Assembly: GCA_042408215.1 (NCBI GenBank)
Contig: JAYFMW010000016.1
Span: 1 to 64,000, forward strand
From: Microcoleus sp.
GTDB lineage: Bacteria; Cyanobacteriota; Cyanobacteriia; Cyanobacteriales; Microcoleaceae
Reading direction: 5' to 3'
Length of the DNA: 64,000 bases
Shown: piece after piece, positions 10,799 through 21,644 of the stretch
Layout: the number at the start of each line of letters is the position of its first letter
Numbering within the stretch: the stretch's first letter is position 1
Program-made: the position numbers and the translations under genes
Notes under the pieces: model-generated
What the model was told of the DNA's origin: nothing
Databases searched by the model: none
The model's input: only the letters and a program-made list of their open reading frames with translations

Positions 10799-11266
10799 AT
10801 GAGCTGTCTCGACTATTTCTATTTTCTCTTGTCTCGCAAAGACTACAGTGCCTCTGAACTTCGCAAAAAGGGGCAAGAGAAAGGTTTTGGCAATGAGGAA
10901 ATATTGGAGGCGATCGCGCAAATTCAAGACCGGGGCTATCAGTCCGACACTCGTTTGGTGGCGAACTCGATCGCCTCTGCGGCAGGCAAATACGGGAAGT
11001 CTGCGGTGAAGCGCAAGTGCCTGCAAAAAGGAATTGCCAGCGATTTGTTCGAGCAAGTTTGGGAGGAGGAAATTTCGGAAAATCTGGACTCCTCAGCCGA
11101 AAAACTTGCCGGATTAAAAGCCAAAGTCATGCGGAAATACAAGATTGAGGATTGGGATCAAGTAGAACCAAAAACTAAGGGCAAAGTCTTGAATTACCTG
11201 CAATACAGGGGGTTTAATGCCTTTGAAATTTGGCTAGTTTGGCAAACGGAAGACTTGGACGAGTAA
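10799..11266 (+). CDS. recX: RecX-family regulatory protein
   Basis: LLSRKDYSASELRKK N-terminus and YLQYRGF C-terminus. Confidence 0.8.
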   Translation: MSCLDYFYFLLSRKDYSASELRKKGQEKGFGNEEILEAIAQIQDRGYQSDTRLVANSIASAAGKYGKSAVKRKCLQKGIASDLFEQVWEEEISENLDSSAEKLAGLKAKVMRKYKIEDWDQVEPKTKGKVLNYLQYRGFNAFEIWLVWQTEDLDE

Positions 11267-11289
11267 TTTATAGGGCAGCGCTGGCTATC

Positions 11290-11730
11290 GGCTGCCCCCC
11301 AGAATGCGATCGAAGAGATGGCAGCGGATTCTGCTTTCACCGGCTCGGCTTCTAGTGGCAAAATATCTTTTCAGGCTGCGGTTTGCTCTTCGACAGAGTT
11401 CATCTTCTGAGGGTTATGATGGTATTTTATGCCGATGAAAGTGGTTAGCGTAGTGGCGCGATCGAGTATAGCCCATCTGCAAGAACTTGCTCGACAGAGC
11501 CGCTCCCTACAAAAATCGCGGGCGATCGCTCCTCTAAAAACAAGAAGTAAATTTGGCTACTGGACTCGATCGCAATTTCAGGAGTCTTAAATCTCCAAAC
11601 AGGCAGAATTTCTCGTCGATCGGGTTCCACCAACAGCACTCCCTGTTATCCTTTCCCCACCGGCTCAAGTTGCGGGCGATCGCGATCGTCGATCGTCTTA
11701 AAATCCTCATCATAGTCAAACTGCTTCTTA
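11290..11730 (-). pseudogene. DUF4385-family pseudogene
   Basis: FDY..DF..ID...VGKG*QGVLLVEP..EILP.WRFKTPEIA, then LQMGYTRSR.YANH and PVKAESAAI fragments, with an in-frame stop and frameshifts. Confidence 0.7.
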
Positions 11731-12359
11731 GATAAAACGCCTAGGGATTACGATCGATCGAGGGCTTGCAACTGAATCAAAAAACTTACTCAAATTTCTC
11801 TCTATCTATAGGTGCGCCCATAAGCACCTTACCGCTAATCGTGTTGCAAAGCAGTTTTTGCGTCCTGGACTGAATAAACAGTCTCGATCGGATATTTTGC
11901 TGCAACGGCAAAAGTTCTGTTTTGCTCCTGCTGCTACTGCTGCTGACATTGCTTCCCCCGATCCTTTTTATACGTGGGAATAATTCTCAACTCTCAAATC
12001 TCAGATCTCAAATCGGCTGACTTGCAGGCGATCGCAGATTGATTATAGTCATTTGTCTAGGTTCTATAATTATTTAAGATTTGAGAATTGAGATGAATTT
12101 GTAGAAGCAATTGGGGAATTGTGTGGAATTAAAATTAATGTTGAAATTTGGGGTTTTCTGAACTTCCAAAAGATGTTAAAATAGCTCAAAACAGTCAAAA
12201 AAATATTAACCGCACTCCCCATAGCAACTGGCATACCACCCCGCTTAAATTAAAGATTGTCACGGACGGCAGGAACTTTCTTGCCACCAAATTATTCAAA
12301 AAGATTAAGCCTCTGTACGCAGTGCCATTTTATCTACACGCAAGCAATCACCTCCGACC

Positions 12360-12851
12360 ATGAACACCTTACTGAACACCTCTAAAATTCGCCTCAATCG
12401 AACGCTACGGCAATCCCTGCTAGCAAGCATCATCTCCGCCGCAGCCTTAGCTAGCGGATGGGCCCCCGGTTTGTACGGACAATCCCCAATCCCGGTTTTC
12501 GGAGCCGCCGCCCAAGCTCAAGAGATTAGCGCCGAGGAGATTACTAGCTATGCTCGCTCCGTCTTAGCAATAGAACCCAAACGGCTGGGAGCCTCTCAAG
12601 AAATTAAAGGAATAGCAGGTGGCTCCGTGCCGCGGGTGGTGTGCAACGAAACTAGCCAAATCAACAGGCTGTCTGGAAACGTTCGCGGTATCGTGGTAAA
12701 TTACTGCGATCAAGCTAAAAAGATTATAGAAAGTAATGGTTTGACAGTTGCTAGCTTCAACAAAATCACTCTGCTCCAGCAAGCTGATCCGGCTGTAAAA
12801 GCCCGAATTCAAGCGGAGTTGCTGCGGCTGCAACAAACTGGTAATCAATAG
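12360..12851 (+). CDS. DUF4168-like secreted protein
   Basis: Signal-like N-terminus; [12 protein letters not shown]...[19 protein letters not shown]. Confidence 0.7.
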   Translation: MNTLLNTSKIRLNRTLRQSLLASIISAAALASGWAPGLYGQSPIPVFGAAAQAQEISAEEITSYARSVLAIEPKRLGASQEIKGIAGGSVPRVVCNETSQINRLSGNVRGIVVNYCDQAKKIIESNGLTVASFNKITLLQQADPAVKARIQAELLRLQQTGNQ

Positions 12852-12852
12852 T

Positions 12853-12958
12853 TATTGGTTATTGGTTATTGGTTATTGGTTATTGGTTATTTGTTGCTTC
12901 CAACTACCAATTCCCCATTACCAATTCCCATTACCAATTCCCCATTACCAATTCCCCA
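12853..12958. repeat. Heptamer STRR tracts (TTGGTTA)n / (CCAATTC,CCATTAC)n
   Basis: Visible tandem heptamers; similar STRRs at ~4940, 13405, 21745, 21835, 53476-53610, 56860, 63040, 63100. Confidence 0.85.
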
Positions 12959-12960
12959 GC

Positions 12961-13401
12961 ATGATACTAACTTTCACAAAACATTTGCCTGCAAATCCCG
13001 ATGCTGTTGTCAGCTTTGCCTTACCGATGACTGCTGCCGATCGCACTCGCAGTCGTCACCGATTTGAAACGGATGCCGGGGAAGTGGTACACTTGCGTTT
13101 GCCCAGAGGTACTGTATTGCGCGATCGAGATTTATTGCAGTCGGAAGACGGTAGCTGTTTGGTACTGGTGACAGCAAAACCGGAACCGGTGCTGACGGTA
13201 AGGGCTTCAACTGGGCTGCTGCTGATGCGGGCGGCGTATCATTTAGGAAACCGCCACGTAGTTTTAGAAGTTGCTGATAATTATTTAAGGTTTTCTCCCG
13301 ATGCTGTTTTGCAGGGAATGCTCGAAAAAATTGGTTTGGAAGTAATAGAAGAAGTTGTGCCCTTTCAGCCGGAAATGGGGGCTTACGGGCACAGCCATTA
13401 G
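12961..13401 (+). CDS. ureE: Urease accessory protein UreE
   Basis: DRTRSRHR...LPRGTVLRD...AAYHLGNRH...[12 protein letters not shown]. Confidence 0.95.
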   Translation: MILTFTKHLPANPDAVVSFALPMTAADRTRSRHRFETDAGEVVHLRLPRGTVLRDRDLLQSEDGSCLVLVTAKPEPVLTVRASTGLLLMRAAYHLGNRHVVLEVADNYLRFSPDAVLQGMLEKIGLEVIEEVVPFQPEMGAYGHSH

Positions 13402-13449
13402 TTTGATTTTAGATTTTAGATTTTAGATTTTAGATTTACTCCCACCCCG

Positions 13450-14193
13450 ATGATTGAAGAAGTGAACAGTCAACAGTCAACTGTCAACAGTCAACTTTTA
13501 TGTTTATTGCAGCTAGCTTTTGCACCTGTGGGGGCTTATAGTTATTCTGAAGGGATCGAAAGTTTAGTCGAAACAGGTGCGATCGCCAATGAAGTCACTT
13601 TGAGAAATTGGTTGCAAGATTCCCTGCAATTCGGGGCGATTCGAGTAGAAGCGGCCGTGGCGGTACGGGCTTTGAGGGCGGCTAAGATTGGGGATTTAAC
13701 AGCTTTGAGTTACTGGAATGGGTGGGCGACGGCGGCTAAGGAAACTGAAGAATTGCGATCGCAAAGTTGGCAAATGGGACGGACTTTGCTCAGGTTGCTG
13801 CTGGATTTGCGATCCTCTTCGAGGGCTTCGCTAACGCCCGCACCAACTCCATTAATCACAATTGTACAAGAATTCGTGGAATCTGGTGGCAATCCATGCA
13901 ATTTTGCGATCGGCTTTGGCATTGCCGCTGCTTGCTGGCAGATTGAAGAGGAAGCAGCCGTGTTAGGATATTTGTACAGTTGGGCGACAAATTTGGCGAG
14001 TGCGGGCGTGAAACTGATTCCCCTCGGCCAAACAGCTGGTCAACAATTGCTGTTAGATTTGCGATCGCAAATTAGCTGTACGGCGCAAGAAGTTTTAAAA
14101 TTAGAAGATGATGACCTTGCTAGTTGCAGTTGGGGATTGGCCCTAGCTAGTATGGCCCACGAAACTCAGTATACTCGGTTGTTTCGCAGTTAA
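13450..14193 (+). CDS. ureF: Urease accessory protein UreF
   Basis: [28 protein letters not shown]. Confidence 0.95.
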   Translation: MIEEVNSQQSTVNSQLLCLLQLAFAPVGAYSYSEGIESLVETGAIANEVTLRNWLQDSLQFGAIRVEAAVAVRALRAAKIGDLTALSYWNGWATAAKETEELRSQSWQMGRTLLRLLLDLRSSSRASLTPAPTPLITIVQEFVESGGNPCNFAIGFGIAAACWQIEEEAAVLGYLYSWATNLASAGVKLIPLGQTAGQQLLLDLRSQISCTAQEVLKLEDDDLASCSWGLALASMAHETQYTRLFRS

Positions 14194-14349
14194 AAATCAG
14201 ACAATCCAAAATCTAATTAGTAAGGTGCGTCAGAACCCCAAAGCCTCGATAATCGTTCCATAACTCCGTCTGACGCACCCTACAACTCGGTTATTTCGCA
14301 GTTAAAAATCAGACAATCGAAAATCTAAAATCCAAAATCCAAAATAATT

Positions 14350-14952
14350 ATGAGTGCTTTTCGTGTAGGAATTGCTGGCCCGGTTGGTTCGGGAAAAACT
14401 GCTTTACTTGATGCTTTGTGCAAGTCGCTGCGCCAGCAGTACAAGATTGCTGTGGTGACTAATGATATCTATACTCAGGAAGATGCACAGTTTTTGGTTC
14501 GGAGTCAAGCTTTGGAGAGCGATCGAATTTTGGGCGTAGAAACCGGGGGCTGTCCCCACACGGCTATCCGCGAAGATGCTTCGATCAATTTAGTGGCTAT
14601 TGAACAATTGGAATCCAAATTCACCGACTTAGATTTAATCTTTGTCGAAAGCGGCGGCGATAACTTAGCGGCAACTTTCAGCCCGGAATTAGTAGATTTG
14701 ACAATTTATGTAATTGATGTGGCTGCGGGCGACAAAATTCCCCGCAAAGGAGGGCCAGGAATTACTAAATCTGATATGCTGGTAATTAATAAAATAGACC
14801 TCGCACCTTATGTTGGAGCAGATTTAGGAGTGATGGAACGGGATGCGAAAAAAATGCGTGGGGAAAAACCTTTTGTTTTTACTAATTTGAAAACCAGGGA
14901 AGGATTGGCTGCGGTAGTGAAATTCGTTGAGCTGTATGTTGGTAATAGTTAG
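14350..14952 (+). CDS. ureG: Urease accessory GTPase UreG
   Basis: [23 protein letters not shown]. Confidence 0.97.
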   Translation: MSAFRVGIAGPVGSGKTALLDALCKSLRQQYKIAVVTNDIYTQEDAQFLVRSQALESDRILGVETGGCPHTAIREDASINLVAIEQLESKFTDLDLIFVESGGDNLAATFSPELVDLTIYVIDVAAGDKIPRKGGPGITKSDMLVINKIDLAPYVGADLGVMERDAKKMRGEKPFVFTNLKTREGLAAVVKFVELYVGNS

Positions 14953-15155
14953 GCATTCCAGCCAAACTGAATAAGACTGTGAAAAAAGTTAGATCGATCG
15001 CCCCTGAGCAAACCCCCTGCGATCTTGAATTTCTGGAGATGTCTAATCAGGTACGGCTGGTAGTTGATAATTGGTAATTGATAGACAGGTACCTCCATTG
15101 TTTGAGAACCCCTAACAACTTCCCGATCGACAAAGAGTAGCTATGTTGCATATAG

Positions 15156-16403
15156 TTACAGGTTTTCTAGGCAAATATTACACTTGCCTCGGGCAACCAT
15201 TTTGTAAGGTGTGACCCTTACCGGAGGTACTAATACGCCCTGTATTCCCTCAGCAAAAGCGTTGGGAAATGCTTTTTTGACAATGTTAGCGCTGCCATTC
15301 ACATCCGCATTGATCAGTCTGCCATCACCAGCACGAAACAAACCTCGCTTAATTCGTTTACCTTTGTACTCTGAATGCTTGACACAAGGTTCATTATCTA
15401 AAAAAGAACACTTAGAAGTGTAACTTTCTTCAATAACCTTCACAACGATTCCTGCTAACTGCGCTTTATAAGTTAGCATTTCAATAAACCTTGCATGAGG
15501 TATTGCTACGAAGTTCTGATTATTCCGCTTGCCGAGATTTATTCCCTGTTTCCAGTTATCGTTTTTACCAATCACCAGTGTCCCGATGCGGTTAGCTGCC
15601 AGATGATTGACGATGAATCGACTTGCATTATGCAGGTAATTATCTACTTTTACATTACGCTTGTGAGTTAATTGTTCAATTTTGATTGATGTCTTTTTCT
15701 CCCCCTTCAAGTAGGACTGCAACAGTGCCTTTTTTTTGTGATAGTAGGCATTGATTGATTTGAGCGGTTTGCCATTTATTATCAGCGGGACCAACCCTTT
15801 TTGATGGGATGTAATTGTCGCTAAATTATTCAGACCAATATCAATCCCCGCTATCCCTTCAACACCTGATAATGATTGAGTTACATCCTTGGGTTCATAA
15901 ACTACCTCCATCGAGTAATGGTAAGTTTTTGGAACGATTCTGACTTGATTTAATTCGCTAACTTTAGTAGTCAGAAATATGTCGGTCAAAGAGAGATTGA
16001 TGATTCCTTTCTTGAGCCATGCTTTACTGATGGCTTGAGCGGTGTAAGTCAGGACATTTCTGCCTAATGTTTTGTGTTTGTATCTGGGTATTTTGGGTCT
16101 GGCTTTGAATTTATCTGGATGGAGGTTATATTCCTTGGTAGCTGCAAAAAATGATTGCCAGCTTTCATGTAATCTCAATAATACTTGCTGAGATACTTTG
16201 GCTGGTAATGCTAGATAGTCAGTCGTTCCCTGACATAGTTTCTGTATTTTGTAATAGTCGAGGTATTCTCCTGAGCTGATAAATTTTTGTCTGATTAAGT
16301 AGTTAGCGTAGTTGAAAAGATTCTTAGAAAGAAAGCACAAATTGTCTAGCCGCTTGTATAGCCAGTGGTTTCGATCGATAATGTGCTTGGAAACGAGCTG
16401 CAT
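15156..16403 (-). CDS. tnpB: TnpB, MQLV-type with displaced RuvC-II glutamate
   Basis: GIDIGLNN; VIGKN in place of IE; EESYTS; NADVNG; lacks the canonical CxxC-CxxC finger. Confidence 0.9.
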   Translation of the reverse strand: MQLVSKHIIDRNHWLYKRLDNLCFLSKNLFNYANYLIRQKFISSGEYLDYYKIQKLCQGTTDYLALPAKVSQQVLLRLHESWQSFFAATKEYNLHPDKFKARPKIPRYKHKTLGRNVLTYTAQAISKAWLKKGIINLSLTDIFLTTKVSELNQVRIVPKTYHYSMEVVYEPKDVTQSLSGVEGIAGIDIGLNNLATITSHQKGLVPLIINGKPLKSINAYYHKKKALLQSYLKGEKKTSIKIEQLTHKRNVKVDNYLHNASRFIVNHLAANRIGTLVIGKNDNWKQGINLGKRNNQNFVAIPHARFIEMLTYKAQLAGIVVKVIEESYTSKCSFLDNEPCVKHSEYKGKRIKRGLFRAGDGRLINADVNGSANIVKKAFPNAFAEGIQGVLVPPVRVTPYKMVARGKCNICLENL

Positions 16404-16539
16404 TGTTTTGCCGTCATTTTTGACTATACTATACTATACTATACATGGCTATTAATGGCTATAAAGTCAATGAAGTTTTACAATACCCCGCCTCCCTTTC
16501 CTCTCACCAGCCCAGTGCCGAGTACAGCTACTTGTACTG

Positions 16540-16670
16540 CCCTTCGACTACGCTCAGGAACCGCCCTTCGACTACGCTCAGGAACCGCCCTTCGACTACG
16601 CTCAGGAACCGCCCTTCGACGCAGTTTATCCTGAGCGTAGCCGAAGGGATCAGGATAAACGCCGCCGAAG
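16540..16670. repeat. Tandem 24-bp CCCTTCGACTACGCTCAGGAACCG repeats plus nested palindrome
   Basis: Three exact copies visible; same family at ~23640-23705, ~34050-34090, ~61437. Confidence 0.85.
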
Positions 16671-16700
16671 TATGGCGGGACTCAAGCGGGAGGAAGAAAG

Positions 16701-17378
16701 ATGAAAATTCTCATTGTAGAAGATGATGAGCGGACTACAGATGCTTTGGCAGAAATCCTGGTAGATAAGCAGAATTACATTGTTGATATTGCGGCAGATG
16801 GCGAGGCTGGATGGCAGTTTTTAGAGTCTTCATCCTACGATTTGGTTGTACTGGATGTCATGCTGCCTAAATTAGATGGTGTCAGCCTATGCAAGCGGTT
16901 GCGTCGTAAGGGGGTGCAGACGCCAGTGCTGATGTTGACCGCGAGGGATACCAGTAATGATAAAGTGATGGGATTGGATGCAGGGGCAGATGATTACGCG
17001 ATCAAGCCCTTCGATCTACCAGAGTTATTGGCTCGAATTCGGTCATTATTGCGCCGTGGAAGTACCCCTCTGCCGTCAGTTTTAGAGTGGGGACATCTGC
17101 GCGTTGACCCCAGCAATTGTCGGGTCACCTATGCTGGTAAACTGTTGCACCTGACTCCGAAAGAATATGGTCTGCTGGATCTATTTTTGCGAAATAGCAA
17201 TCGGATTCTCAGTCGCTCATTCATTATTGAACACCTTTGGTCCTATGACAGTCCTCCCACTGAGGACACGGTTAAAGTTCATCTAAAAGAGTTACGCAAG
17301 AAACTGAAAGCGGTTGGCACTCCTGAATTGATCGAGGCAGTCTATGGCATGGGTTATCGACTCAAACAACAGCCCTAA
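16701..17378 (+). CDS. OmpR-family response regulator
   Basis: REC domain (VEDD, LDVMLP, KPF) plus winged helix (YGMGYR). Confidence 0.95.
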   Translation: MKILIVEDDERTTDALAEILVDKQNYIVDIAADGEAGWQFLESSSYDLVVLDVMLPKLDGVSLCKRLRRKGVQTPVLMLTARDTSNDKVMGLDAGADDYAIKPFDLPELLARIRSLLRRGSTPLPSVLEWGHLRVDPSNCRVTYAGKLLHLTPKEYGLLDLFLRNSNRILSRSFIIEHLWSYDSPPTEDTVKVHLKELRKKLKAVGTPELIEAVYGMGYRLKQQP

Positions 17379-18690
17379 TCCGAAGACAAAAGCTCTCCGC
17401 TGGCATCTGTTACTGTCTTACCTGGCGGTGATGCTGGCAATTTTTAGTGTATCGACGATCGCGGTATATCATTTTTTTCGCCATAGTCTCTATGGACAAC
17501 TCGATCGGCGATTAGAGGGATTGGCCGGGGCCGCTTCCCACAACTTGATGGCAATTCGCAAGCAATCCAATGAGTCTCGTCAGCACGGTGGAAAAGCACC
17601 TGATGTCTATGCAAACGCTCAGCGTCACCTAGATAATGATGGCGATTTAGATATTCCCTGGCAAAATCTGCGGGAACCCAATCAGGGTGTTGAGTGGTTT
17701 GATCCAACTAGCCAACGGGTTGGTCATGCAGGAACGCTTTTGCCAGATGTACCGCCACGTCCTGGTTACCAAATGTTACATCAGGGACGGATTCGTACAG
17801 TTACGATCGCCGCCTATAGTTCTAACACTGGACAGCAACATCTGGAAGGTTACATTCGCACCAGTGAAGAAACGACTGAGGTAGAAGGTACACTTAACCA
17901 GCTTCGATGGGGATTGGGGTTAGGTGGAATTGTCGTCTTATGTTTGACGGGAATTGGTGGTGTGTGGCTGACTCGGCAATCGTTAAAGCCTATTGAACAG
18001 AGTTTTGACCAACTCAAACAGTTCACAGCCGATGCCTCCCATGAGTTGCGGAGTCCCTTGACGGCGATTAAAACATCGGTTGAAGTGCTTCAGGCGTATC
18101 CAGAGCGGATTCATCCCAAGGATGTGAAGAAGATTGCGGCGATCGCCTCGGCGGCTACCCAAATGACCCATCTTGTGGAAGATTTGCTGCTGCTAGCGCG
18201 AATGGATACAGCAACCTATCCAACACCAGATTGGACTGTGGTTCAGTTGAGTGACATCCTGCAAGAGTTGCTGGTACCGTTGGAGTTGCAGGCACTTGAG
18301 AAGCACATTGCTCTCAAAGTCGATCTGATTCCCGCTGTATGTGTTTTGGGAAATACCCAACAGTTGACTCGCTTGTTTGGGAATCTACTGGAGAATGGGT
18401 TGCAATACACACCAGATGGAGGAAGGGTAACGCTGTCCATGAAGCAGATTGAACGCGCTGTCATTGTTTCAGTCGAAGACACGGGAATTGGCATTGATCC
18501 CGAACATTTAGCGCTGGTGTTCGATCGCTTCTGGCGAGCCGATCGAGCCCGCTCTCGGCGAGAGAAGGGAAGTGGATTAGGATTGGCGATCGCCAAAGCT
18601 ATTGCTCAGCGTCATCACGGAAATATTACTGTCCGCAGTCAACCAGGGGTGGGAAGTTGTTTCCAGGTGTGCTTACCACAGGTTCATTGA
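17344..18690 (+). CDS. Two-TM sensor histidine kinase
   Basis: H-box ASHELRSP, N-box NLLENG, DTGIG, GSGLGL. Confidence 0.95.
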   Translation: MAWVIDSNNSPNPKTKALRWHLLLSYLAVMLAIFSVSTIAVYHFFRHSLYGQLDRRLEGLAGAASHNLMAIRKQSNESRQHGGKAPDVYANAQRHLDNDGDLDIPWQNLREPNQGVEWFDPTSQRVGHAGTLLPDVPPRPGYQMLHQGRIRTVTIAAYSSNTGQQHLEGYIRTSEETTEVEGTLNQLRWGLGLGGIVVLCLTGIGGVWLTRQSLKPIEQSFDQLKQFTADASHELRSPLTAIKTSVEVLQAYPERIHPKDVKKIAAIASAATQMTHLVEDLLLLARMDTATYPTPDWTVVQLSDILQELLVPLELQALEKHIALKVDLIPAVCVLGNTQQLTRLFGNLLENGLQYTPDGGRVTLSMKQIERAVIVSVEDTGIGIDPEHLALVFDRFWRADRARSRREKGSGLGLAIAKAIAQRHHGNITVRSQPGVGSCFQVCLPQVH

Positions 18691-20037
18691 CACTCCTCGG
18701 CCTGAAGGCACGAGGATTCTTGGATCAGCCAGTCGATTTGCTCGTTGATGTCACCACCAGCGAGTAGAGATCGGTCTGTCCACAAGCGTGAATTTCGGTG
18801 TGTCCCACCGTATTTAAATTAATTTTTGCCTGTTTCAACCCTTTGATTAAAATGTTTTTTGCAGCATTGTAATCGCGATCTAATACCGTACCACACCCAC
18901 AAATATGGGTTCGGGTTGACAGGGTTTTCTTGACTAGATTGCCACAATTTGAACACTCTTGTGACGTGTATTGAGGGGTGACAGCACTTATTATTTTACC
19001 GTATATTTTCCCAAAATACTCCAACCACTGAGCAAATTGTGACCAAGCTGCATCGCTAATTGATTTAGCAAGCTTATGGTTTTTCACCATATTCCTCATC
19101 TGAAGGTTTTCGTAGGCTATGAAATCACTAGATTTCACCGCGCACAACGCCGTCTTTATGGCGAAGTCTTTACGCTGCCGACTAACCTTCAGGTGCTTTC
19201 TTGCTAATTTGTTGATCGCTTTCTTTCGGTTTTTAGAACTTTTCTTTTTCCGGGAAACTCGCTTCTGCAATCTCTTCAGAGCTTTTTCGCTTTTGCGGAG
19301 ATACCGAGGGTTAGCAATCGTTTCACCATCGCTATCAGTATAGAAGTGGTTTAGCCCGACATCTAGTCCAATAACTTTACCAGTAGAAATGGCTTCCTCT
19401 TTCCGCTCCACGTTGATACAGAATTGTGCGTAGTAGCCATCGGCACGACGCACAATTCTGATTCGCTTTATCTCCTGGGGTGCATAAAAATGCAAGTCCC
19501 GACTACCGATTAGTTTGAATTTTCCAGCAGCAAAGCCATCTCTAAATGTCAAGCACCTTTTGTCGGTAGAAAGTTCCCATCCCGAAGTCTTGTACTCAAC
19601 AGAACGGGTATGCTTCTTGAACTGTGGGTAGCCCTTTTTTCCTGGTTTTTTAGCTTTACAATTAGCAAAAAAACGTTGGATAGCAAAAATGGCACGTTCC
19701 GCCGAAGCTTGACGCGCCGTTGAATTAAGTTTGCCCGCCCATTCAAACTCTTTTGCCATAACGGCACACTGTTTGTACAGGTCTACTAATTTAATTCCTT
19801 GATTGTCTATCCAATGCCTAAGAGTTTTGTTTCGGACAAATTGAGCCGTCCGAATCATGTCGTCAATGATCCGATATTGCTCTGCTTTGCCTTTCAATTT
19901 AAACTCTAATACTATCATTGGAATAGTTTATAATTTTTACTAGAACTTTTACTTGCAAATTTGTGTATTTAATAATTCTTCATATTCCTATAATTAAAGC
20001 CGTCCTATAAGGACGGGGCTTTAGACCCAATTTCTTG
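18687..20037 (-). mobile_element. IS605/IS1341-type element carrying only tnpB
   Basis: On the minus strand it follows TTAC, has a left-end hairpin CCGTCC..GGACGG and ends GAATCCTCG..CGAGGAGTGTCAA. Confidence 0.85.
18725..19918 (-). CDS. tnpB: RNA-guided endonuclease TnpB
   Basis: GLDVG/AYENL/RDYNAA RuvC triad; CSNC..CGC finger. Confidence 0.93.
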   Translation of the reverse strand: MIVLEFKLKGKAEQYRIIDDMIRTAQFVRNKTLRHWIDNQGIKLVDLYKQCAVMAKEFEWAGKLNSTARQASAERAIFAIQRFFANCKAKKPGKKGYPQFKKHTRSVEYKTSGWELSTDKRCLTFRDGFAAGKFKLIGSRDLHFYAPQEIKRIRIVRRADGYYAQFCINVERKEEAISTGKVIGLDVGLNHFYTDSDGETIANPRYLRKSEKALKRLQKRVSRKKKSSKNRKKAINKLARKHLKVSRQRKDFAIKTALCAVKSSDFIAYENLQMRNMVKNHKLAKSISDAAWSQFAQWLEYFGKIYGKIISAVTPQYTSQECSNCGNLVKKTLSTRTHICGCGTVLDRDYNAAKNILIKGLKQAKINLNTVGHTEIHACGQTDLYSLVVTSTSKSTG

Positions 20038-20206
20038 GTAAAACCCATGATAGTCAATATCTACCCTTGTTTCTTTACTTTCTTACCTTAGTCTTTATAG
20101 TATTCCCCCAACAGCACGGCAGAGGTGTATGGCTAGATGACATACCGATGCGGAATTGCGGTTAACCAAAAGAAGTACCAGCTTAATTATCACGGAGACT
20201 GAAGTC

Positions 20207-20962
20207 ATGAAAGTTAGTTCAATGTTTAGCAGAAACGTCATTATGATGTCCGTTGCGGCTTTGGGAGCCATCTCCCTCGCCAGTTGTTCTCCAACGCAGC
20301 CACCTGCTGCCAATGTTGAGTCAGCAACCTCAGCCGCTAAACAAGATTCCCAGTCCAAAACACAGCCTGCTACGTTAGAGGCGAAGCAACCTTCCACACC
20401 AGAAACACCGACGTTGAAGAATCTTCAAGCAGCTTACAACGGTGAGTCCAATGCCCACGTTATGTATTTAGCGTTTGCCAAGAAAGCAGATGAAGAGGGC
20501 TATAAAGATGTTGCCAGCCTCTTCAAAGCCGTAGCTCGCGCTGAAGAAATTCACCGAGACAACCACGCCAAAGTCATCCAAGCAATGGGAGCAACCCCCA
20601 AAAACAACATCACAACTCCCGATGTGAAATCCACAGGAGATAATCTGGAAAAGGCGATGGGAGGGAACCTCAGCCAAGCAATCAAGGGAGAATCTTACGA
20701 GCGTGACACGATGTATCCCAATTTCATCAAGCAAGCGAAAGCAGAAAGCAACCAAGCTGCTGTGCAGACATTTGACTATGCTCTGGCAGCCGAAACACAG
20801 CACGCCCAACTCTACACTGAAATCAAGAACAACTTGAACGACTGGAAACAAGTGTCTCGTCAATTCTATGTCTGTACTGTGTCTGGCGAAACATTTGTGA
20901 ACTCACCCCCTACCAGTTGTCCTCAAACTAAGACTGGTAAGGATGTGGAACAGGTGATTTGA
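20207..20962 (+). CDS. Rubrerythrin-family protein with lipoprotein signal
   Basis: GGAG RBS; LASC lipobox; di-iron motifs GES, EEIH, GE.YE, ETQH. Confidence 0.8.
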   Translation: MKVSSMFSRNVIMMSVAALGAISLASCSPTQPPAANVESATSAAKQDSQSKTQPATLEAKQPSTPETPTLKNLQAAYNGESNAHVMYLAFAKKADEEGYKDVASLFKAVARAEEIHRDNHAKVIQAMGATPKNNITTPDVKSTGDNLEKAMGGNLSQAIKGESYERDTMYPNFIKQAKAESNQAAVQTFDYALAAETQHAQLYTEIKNNLNDWKQVSRQFYVCTVSGETFVNSPPTSCPQTKTGKDVEQVI

Positions 20963-21194
20963 CGGTCATCTTGACTGTGTTTTTTCAAAAGTAGCTTTCA
21001 GGCTTTTGAGGGGAATGGTGGAACAAGAGCAGGTTTCTTCATTCCCGTACTTCTTGAGAGTTAGTCCTGGACGCACTAATAACCTAAATTATGTCATTCT
21101 GAGTAAAGCGAAGAATCTCAAACCTTTGCCACACCGTTACCATGCGTAAGTCATGAGAGTTCCAAATTGTCGTAACTTGATAGTGAATGCAAAA

Positions 21195-21644
21195 ATGATG
21201 AATCGTCGAGAATTTATTAGCTTAGTTGGGGTTGGAGGTGTGGTTAGTTCTCTCCCGGCAACACTGACTGCCTGCAATCCAAAAGTAGCAGACAACCCAT
21301 CAGTTCCATCTAGCAGTGCTGCCAGTTCAGATGGTTTTCAAGTCGTTGGCACCGTTATGGATTTGGACAAAAATGGTCAACTATTGAATGAAAAACTGGC
21401 GGTTGGGAAAGTGTTAGTCATTCGAGATATGACAAATGCAGGTCAACTCGTTGCTGTTAACCCAACCTGTAATCATGCCGGGTGTAGCGTAGCGTGGCAG
21501 CCGGGGGAAAAAGTTTTTGTCTGCCCTTGTCATGATTCCAAATTTGCCAGCAACGGCAAGGTAATGCAAGGTCCAGCAGATCAGCCTTTAGTGAATTACA
21601 CTGCCAAAATTGCTGGAAATCAGGTGCTAATTAAGGCTGGTTAA
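21195..21644 (+). CDS. Rieske [2Fe-2S] protein with Tat/lipoprotein signal
   Basis: NRREFI twin-Arg, LTAC lipobox, CNHAGC and CPCHDS. Confidence 0.9.
   Translation: MMNRREFISLVGVGGVVSSLPATLTACNPKVADNPSVPSSSAASSDGFQVVGTVMDLDKNGQLLNEKLAVGKVLVIRDMTNAGQLVAVNPTCNHAGCSVAWQPGEKVFVCPCHDSKFASNGKVMQGPADQPLVNYTAKIAGNQVLIKAG

Noticed and set aside
16540..16620. Mini-CRISPR next to tnpB
   Set aside because: The 24-bp repeats are head-to-tail with no spacers and belong to a dispersed repeat family found elsewhere in the window
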